From Yuukianura sp. NJ FZ-2021 (taxonomy: Eukaryota): a DNA stretch of 64,000 bases. Positions 56,501 through 64,000 of this stretch are shown here, in pieces. The notes beneath the pieces were generated by a model. The model searched no databases. It was not told the origin of the DNA and worked only from the letters and a program-made list of their open reading frames with translations. The DNA lies in contig CM102286.1 in the NCBI GenBank assembly GCA_046563655.1, forward strand, positions 9,176,001 to 9,240,000, in the 5' to 3' direction. Each line of letters starts with the position of its first letter. The first letter of the stretch is position 1. The position numbers and the translations under genes were made by a program.

Positions 56501-59500
56501 TATGGGGTTACAACAACAGACATGCATATCTATATTGTGACCAAATATTTCGCATAATCATAAATCCTTCGACACAACCAACGAAAACCACTCAAAAGTG
56601 AGTCATTCCAAAATTTTCAAAATTCCGCGCCTTGATGACTTTTTTAATGACTAAACCATACAGTTAACTTACTAAGCAGACTAGGTGACGACAATTCTAT
56701 TTCTGGCAAAAAGGCTATTATTATTGGCCATTTTTACAAGTATGCAACTATTGCCAAAATTTCCGGCACGAGGTGTTCATAAAGCTTATTGCGCCGCGTT
56801 TCATAAAATTAATTTAGTAATAGTGGTAACTCTTTTAAGTAAAAATCTTGTTACAATTTTGAAAAAAAAATAGACAAAATTTAAGGAAAAACCGTGAAGT
56901 CAATATGAGGCAGATCTTCTGCGGAGTGACAGTGAGAGTGAAGGTAATGAACCTACGCCTTAGCTTCCTATCACATGTCATCACCAGTGCTTTCTGATCT
57001 ATTCATCATCATTATACGCGGGAGCGGAAAACGCATATTCTATCTTTTCCCAAATCTGTAATTCCAAAAATAAAACTAGGCCTCTGTGAGATGTTTGTTC
57101 GGGGTAAATGACACGACGCCATGTCACAGGATGACAGGTCACGGCAGTGCTGACACTCTGGCTGAAGGTCTTCATGTTCCGCAATGTTACATTTCAACGC
57201 TGCGTAAGAGCAACACTAACTTCCTTATGGTGACTTTTACTTTCTACACACTCACATTGCCGCATGGCCCGTAACCTATCGATTCTCAATCCTAACTTTC
57301 CCATCTGAAGCAAAAAGTCTTATGAGTAGTAGCCGAGACTCAAATGAAATCGAAGTTCGTTATAAAGCTGGCGGGAGTAACTACGAAGAAATCAAACATG
57401 ATAGCCATTAGGAGACCTCCAACTGACCCCTCCTGTTCATTTCTCTTCCCCAACCAGCTTTTCCACCGAAAAAAGCAATTACAGGGAAATCTCATCAAAA
57501 CTTACTGATCTTGGAAAGATGGTTTTAGGCCTGGCTGCTCTTGTTTCCACTTTAGTTCGAACACAGACTGGTTTGAAAGGCGATGGGTTTGAACAAGATA
57601 GGATTTTAGGAAAGTGAGAAAAATGTCACGTTTTTTGAGTTATAGTCATTGGAACTGCGTCTTTTGAAAAAAAGATACAGTATGAAATTTAACCTAACCT
57701 CGAGGAAAAACAACACCGTGAAAGCCACGTTGTGTGCTTAAAAGCTGAAGCACTAAAAAAGAAAATATTTTTTCCAAATATGGAGCAGTAGAAAAAGAAA
57801 GATTTTGGAAACCTTAAAGTTTGTTAGAACTGTTAGAGGAAATGTGATTGAGAAAGTTTGGAAGTTGTTAAAGGAAAATGACGGCAGAAGAAAGAAGATG
57901 GGAATCTTTAGTATAGTTTTGTGCTCTTGAAGACTAACTGCAAATGGGAACTTCTAAGATGTCCAACTTTCCACCTCTGAAGTGCTTTGAACTTTGACCG
58001 ACAAGAAATTAGTAAGGAATCGTAAGGGGAAGCTATAGGCTTCATTTGCTGGAAAATCATTGAACTACTTTTCTTTTTCCATTTGAACAAAGTCAAGGAA
58101 GTGGATTTAACCTTGCATGACACGAGGTCATGGAACTTAATGATAGAAAAAGAGTAGGAGGGTGTTCAAAACCTAACGTAAACCTTAGGGGAAACGATTT
58201 AGTTTGGTGCTTATACGCAACTAGACGACTACCCATTAACCACTAGGGCAGTAAATGTTGGCATTTGTGGCTTTTTTCCTAATAATAGTTACTCCCTCCA
58301 AGTTCACTTCCGGCTGTAGAGAGTGTTTCTAGAAAGAATTTGCAAAATAACAAAATTCAAAACAAACAATTCAGGATTACCGAATTCCTTTTCTTGGCCA
58401 CCAGAAACAGGATGACTTCATTGTTTTGAATCACTTTGGGAAAGATTCACTTTCCAAAAATGTGTTTCATTCTGTTTAACACAAAACATGAAATGAGGCC
58501 AAGATCCTGCTCCTCCAGCAGAACCGTGTTTTAGGCCGAGAAGTTATTGAATAACGTACAGAATCTTAACCAAGAACTATGACTAAAGTCAAAACGCAAC
58601 TTTGCATACTAAATTTGGTTTGCGAGTGGGAGAGATAGGCTGATTGTTCTGCAACAGATACCGCTAAAGCTCTCACAGTAGAAGACTCTTTCAAAATACC
58701 CGGGTAAGTTTTGAGCTTTTACTCTAATAAATCGTCGTCATCATCCTCAACAAGGAGGCAGGCAGGCAGTCTGTCTCCGCTGCGATGTATTTAAATGAAT
58801 TCATCGTGCCTAATTCCTAAAAGCCTCCGGGATGGATATGACGCTTTCGCTCGTCGACTTTACATTTGCGATTTTAGTTTTAGCGGAAAGTTTCATAAAA
58901 TCCGAATTCCAATTTGAGTATTTCATTCATTTCCGCCATATGGTTTATGCAAATTCTTCAAAACTGATTTATAAAATCTTCTGCACAAATGTAGTAGTGA
59001 AGGTTGTTCTAAGGGTAATGCAACATGCCACGAGCGCTTTTATAGAAAGTTTTAGCAAGTTTTGGTGTCAAGTTTGGCCTGTTTAAATAAAAAAAAATTG
59101 GACGACGTCTTATAGCTTTTTATTTTTAATCGCAAAATATTGTATATGTTTAAGTTCATAAAGCTTGGTACAAAGCCTAAATTTCAAAATTTCGAACGTT
59201 TCTGCAAAATGATTTCAAAAAAAAACTTCAAAACAGCGCGATCCATCATCTTATGTCATTACTTTTATTCATAAAAGTTCCTTGCATCAACAACGTTATG
59301 TGATCAACGGAAGTAGCATAACAATAAGCGTTACGTTCAGAATTAGTTTTATGGTTTAAGAAAGGTTAGGAATTGCATTTTCATTTTGGAATTCCATAAC
59401 CATGGAAGTTGGTTCATATAAAAACAATAAGTTTTGGAATGAAAACTTGTCAAATTCTGGTCCTGTGTTCCTTACGAAATCAAAGAAAAGAAATTAGTGG

Positions 59501-60632
59501 TCTTTTCATTCCAAAACCCATCATATTTCTCTCCTGCTTTCTTACTCTCCTTAATTCCTAGTGGAAATAAGAGGTTTGATTTGAACTTTTTCTTCTTTCC
59601 TGCTGCTGAAGATTTGTGCGGAATTTTGCCAAGTTCCTTTCCTATTTTCTATATAGCCTCATTTCGCGATGAAAGAAAGCAGGTGCTTTCCTGTAAGTAA
59701 TCAAAAAGTTGATTGACTAGATTCCTCTCATCTCCTATCCTGATTGAACATGAAAGAGAACATACACTAGATAGCATCAAAGGCAGCTAACAAAAATTCT
59801 TATCCTAAATTCAAAATTCGTGCTCTACTTTGAGTCATGTCCTAACCTAAATTTGAGTTGAAACTTGAAAAATTGGAAAACCTTTTGAAAGAAAAGACTC
59901 TTGAGTTTAGGCATGCCTCTTGTAATACTACAAGAAGTTGAAAAAGTTCTAATAACCTATTTTTTCTTGAAGACACAAGTAGTAGCCATATACTAACGAA
60001 AAGTTATCGTAGGTTTGATTTACAGCGCCACAGTTGGATTTCATGCAGCATTACCTTTGAATACTACATTCTCTCTAGTCCTACATTTTTCTACTTTTAT
60101 TTTGCAGGTTAGGCGTTAGAATTTGACATTATACACATCTGGGCCATTTCAAACGTAGGCTTGGAAAATAGGTTCGTTTTCATGCACATGGCCCAAGTCT
60201 CATGGAACTCAGCCATAAGAACAACGAAATGTACTTTGGGATTTTAGTGCTAACCGCCACGGCTTCATTTTGGAATCTTCACTGTTGCAGCCCCAGCGTC
60301 TGTTTAAGGTTGGCAAAAGACACACTAATATCCTCAGCAGTACAAGATGGACGTGTTAAATTACCCGCTTCATAGTGTATTGGGCGGGAGGGAAAGTGGA
60401 GTAGGACGAGAATTATAGACAACATGGAACATGTTGTGGCTCCCTGAATTTGTAAACTTTAAAATTACTTTCTCCTTTCTACAAACAAGTCTCGCCAAAA
60501 ACTTCAAAGTCGAGAGAAAGTCTGGAGAAAGCTAACGTTATTTTTTCCGGGAGGGACTCTGTTGGACATGTGGGTCATGTACATCCAATTACAGTGTTGA
60601 AAGTAAGTTGAACAAGATGAGAAAGTGCTAAC

Positions 60633-60756
60633 CTGTTGACACAGTTCAAAGGCAGCAGTAGTTTGTTCGGAACTGTTGGAATTTCCCTTCAAGCCGTCTT
60701 CTTCCGTCTTCCCAAAGGACAGTGAGCCTTTGTCTGGTCCGTCGTCACTGCTTCCA
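60633..60756 (-). CDS. Probable upstream coding exon of the PHLDB gene
   Basis: Long polypyrimidine tract plus TTAG acceptor, open frame GSSDDGPDKGSLSFGKTEEDGLKGNSNSSEQTTAAFELCQQ, and CAG|GTTAGC donor in phase 0, matching the 43115 exon. No family motif is present, so the linkage is inference. Confidence 0.5.
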
Positions 60757-62529
60757 CTAAATCCACAGTGAAAAGGAACAAACAAAGGAAAACAAATAAG
60801 CAAACTTTGGACTGTAAGGTACCAGTACCTTCCGCTGTACAAACTACAAACTAACAATCTTTACTTTCACTTTAAAGATAGTTTCTGTTAGATTGTTTGT
60901 CTATTACTGTAACAAAGTAAAAGGGCTCACAAAATCATCAATTAAATTGGTTCTACGCTTAGAAACCATCATCTGCAAAATGACGCGCAATAAACCATGT
61001 GCATTTCAAATGCGACAGGTGAATTTAATTCAGAAAGGGCAGATTTAACATCTCCACGTTCCAATTTACTGTTTAGCTGGTTGACGCATCCACTTGAATG
61101 AAGAGTTCGTTAGTACCGTTTGTTGTGGACATTTTGAAAATACGCAAATATGGTAACGAAGGTGCGCGCGGGAACGACAGTATAAATACCATTTCCTTAC
61201 TTATAATGTAGAAATAAACCAGCTTTCCTGCTCCTACGGAATATGAAGAAAGACTGGTAGGAAAGTTCAAATTCAGCATTTCCATTCCCCGGTATGGAAG
61301 TGTTCCATAATGTAAGTCCTAAAAGAGGTTGTCAGTCAAAATGCAGAAGTGCACCCCAAAAGTGGATTTCGTCCAATGGCAATAATGAAGTTGACGCGGG
61401 GAGAAATTCTGAGCAATCTCTCTGCAAAAGCAATCGGCTTGTAAAAGAGAGTGGGAGAAATCGAAACGGATCAATCGCTAAATAATGTATATGAAGAAAT
61501 TGGTACGTCGTATGAGATACTGAAAGAGTCGTTCTTTACTTCAAGTCAATAATGACAGTGACGGGAATCTATCGATATAGCGGGCGCAGTATCAACATGT
61601 AATGAGAAATCAAAGATAAATGGTTAAAACACAGCAATTAAAATATGCCCAAAATTAAACGCAGTATCATTTCGAAATGGTTGAGAAATAAATTGACCTT
61701 TGTTCCGGAAGGAAGTCACTTAGGCACAAATCATAAGCACAATATCAGTAGGGGTCAATTCCTCGATAGAGCAGACGTTGCAATCATCCCTCTTCCCTCT
61801 CTACTTCAAGGAGTCAGAAAAGTTACATCGCGGAAAGCAGAGGAATATCCCGATAGAAAGCGCTATTCTTCGAGGAGAAAATGAAACACGCCATGTAGCG
61901 CATGCTCAGCGTGGGTCTCGCTATCATCCTTATCAATTGCTTGTGAGTCCCATCTTATAAACACATAATGATCAATTATCATAGGATGAAAACGGACGAC
62001 TGCGACGAATCGTGCTCATAATCGTAAATTTTTTTCCCAAGCGCAAGCCTTCTATTTAATTTCTTTCTTTTTTTGGAGTTTTTACGGTCATTTGGAGTAT
62101 AGGATCTTTTTTTCTTTAATGTAATAATTGTATGATAAAGCCTGTGCATTTTCCCACTTTTTTGTCACAATTCTCATGGAAATATTGATGTAAATTATAT
62201 GGACGAAAAAACTATATAACTATTCTTTATGCAACTGTGGCCAGAGATTGTGGTTCGGTAACCCAACAACCTTTGTAACCTTCGCAACCTTCATGTAATC
62301 TTCGGGAAAAACCAAAAACAAAAGTTGCTTTGGAAAAATTATTTTGGTTGTTAAAAGATCCAGATTCATATGAGTTTGCGAATTAATTAATTATTTTTTG
62401 AGAAGTTTTCATGGCAAACTGGTTTCAAGATAAGATCTTTAGTTGTGAAAGAAAACAAGGAAGGAGGAAGGCTTTGAAAGCTTACTGCGACTACATAGTA
62501 GAGAGTACTACTTGCGAAAATGTGGACTA

Positions 62530-62575
62530 ATATATATATATGAGACAGTTTCAATTCTGTTTACCAATTACAGTT
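62530..62575 (+). promoter_or_regulatory. Candidate TATA-box/Inr core promoter of the terpene synthase gene
   Basis: TATATATATA at 62531-62540 and an Inr-like ACAGTT at 62570-62575, upstream of the ATG at 62607 (context AAAAATGG). Confidence 0.35.
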
Positions 62576-62606
62576 TTATTCTCGCTCTATCCACATAATT
62601 CCAAAA

Positions 62607-63885
62607 ATGGTTTCAATTGAAAATGGATCGTATCGTCTAACAAGTATTACACAATGCCCACCCGGAAAATTAAAATTAGTTTTTGATTTAGGGATTGTTG
62701 ATCATCCCGTTTTTGCAAAAGCTTCTCAACTTTACGGAGAAGTTCCACTTTTTCAACGAAAAGAGTAAGTTCTAAGATGAAAATAAATATTTAAAAACCT
62801 TATTCCAGGGTTAACCTTTTTTAACATTAAGTTGTTATGTAATCTTCAGAGAGATTACATTGTCAAACTACTTCGAAATGACACAGGAAGAACAAACTAA
62901 AATTCTAGATGATGCTATCAAGCGTCTCCGCTACATTCTTGATAACTTGGACGAAGAAGAACTGAACAAATACATACAGGCTAACATCCTGGCTGCTTGC
63001 TCGTGTTTTCCAATTATCGACGTTCGTACTATCCGATTTGAACTTGCTCTATTATGCATCATTGCTGGTAGTATGGGTGATGATTTGGAAGACGATTTCA
63101 AGTTTTTGTTGGAGGATGTTGGCGAGACCAATCGATTGCTCATTGACAAAGTAGATTTGGATTGGAAAGCATTCAAAGCAAGCCAATATACTCTAGATAA
63201 CCGTGTCAAGGGCTTCACTGGTGTAATTCGTGCGAACGAAAGTGAAAAAAATCAGCGCATCTTTGCCGAAATTATGGCAAAGATGAAGGAAGAGTTTCCA
63301 GAGGGATATCCAGATGACGTCAAACATTGCATTCCGCAAGCCATAGGTATTCTTCAGTGTCAGACGTTGCGCTACAGGACGGATGACCCAATGCCTCTCT
63401 CAGAAGACATGCAGAAGATTCTTCGCGGCTACGATGCAGGGTTTGGTCCATGCGCAGAATTTGCAATAATATTTCTCAGGCTATCAATCCCAAAGAAGAT
63501 TAGGAAAAGCCTTTTGTTTAACCTTTTGACGACCGCTGTAATGGACTTCGCTGGGCTCCTCAATGATGTACTCGGGGTCTTGAAAGACGTCAAAGAAGAA
63601 GCTTTAGGAGAGAACTACATACTGCGTTGCGTTACACGAGAAGGAACTCCGCTACAACAGGCATTTAATGATGCATTTAAGCGACTTCGAAACTTGATAT
63701 CTGACATCGAAATCCTAATGTACCGTTTGTTGGAAGCCTTTCCGGAAGAAAAGGGCCTGCGTGCATACATTCAAGCGTGTAAGGATGTTTGTGACGGTCA
63801 AACAATAAGTTACGTCGTTGGTGCACAAAGTACCAAGCGCTACGGCGGCACTTTAAAAATTGTGCCAATGGAGACCGTCGGGTGA
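62607..63885 (+). CDS. Microbial-type class I terpene synthase (terpene cyclase), 397 aa, 2 exons
   Basis: Exon 1 62607-62764, an 85-bp intron (GTAAGT...TCTTCAG, phase 2), and exon 2 62850-63885 splice in frame. Motifs in canonical order: DDLEDD (63079-63096, DDxxD), RGYDAG (63424-63441, pyrophosphate-sensor Arg), NDVLGVLKD (63562-63588, NSE/DTE-like) followed by ENYI, and KRY (RY at 63838-63843). ATTAAA poly(A)-type signals at ~63912 and ~63922. Confidence 0.88.
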
Positions 63886-64000
63886 ACGATTTGTCGGTGG
63901 TTATGGAATTTATTAAACAGCATTAAATAGTAATATTGTAAAAACCATTACTAAAACTTCTAGATTTTTGGTGAAAACCTTGGCGGGTATGTTGAATATT

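Overview
AT-rich animal genomic DNA with spliceosomal GT-AG introns, most likely an arthropod. A springtail-like hexapod is plausible but cannot be proven from the sequence. Five protein-coding genes can be assembled by hand. (1) A 5-Ig-domain cell-surface adhesion protein on +, 9 exons, 3361-26549, with its first exon not found. (2) A trypsin-like serine protease on +, 5 exons, 34758-37173. (3) The 3' part of a PHLDB/LL5-family PH-domain gene on -, 39977-43115, probably extending to an exon at 60633-60756 and beyond. (4) An intronless EF-hand protein on +, 51241-51732. (5) A microbial-type class I terpene synthase with one spliceosomal intron on +, 62607-63885, which is the most striking gene here. 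Non-coding structure includes a 29-copy ~195-bp satellite with two monomer variants and a 4-mer higher-order repeat, two foldback TIR elements, a decayed pogo-like transposon, and a 180-bp insertion with 16-bp direct repeats that carries a minimal hammerhead-ribozyme motif of the Penelope-like-element type. All gene models are manual and lack transcript or database confirmation.
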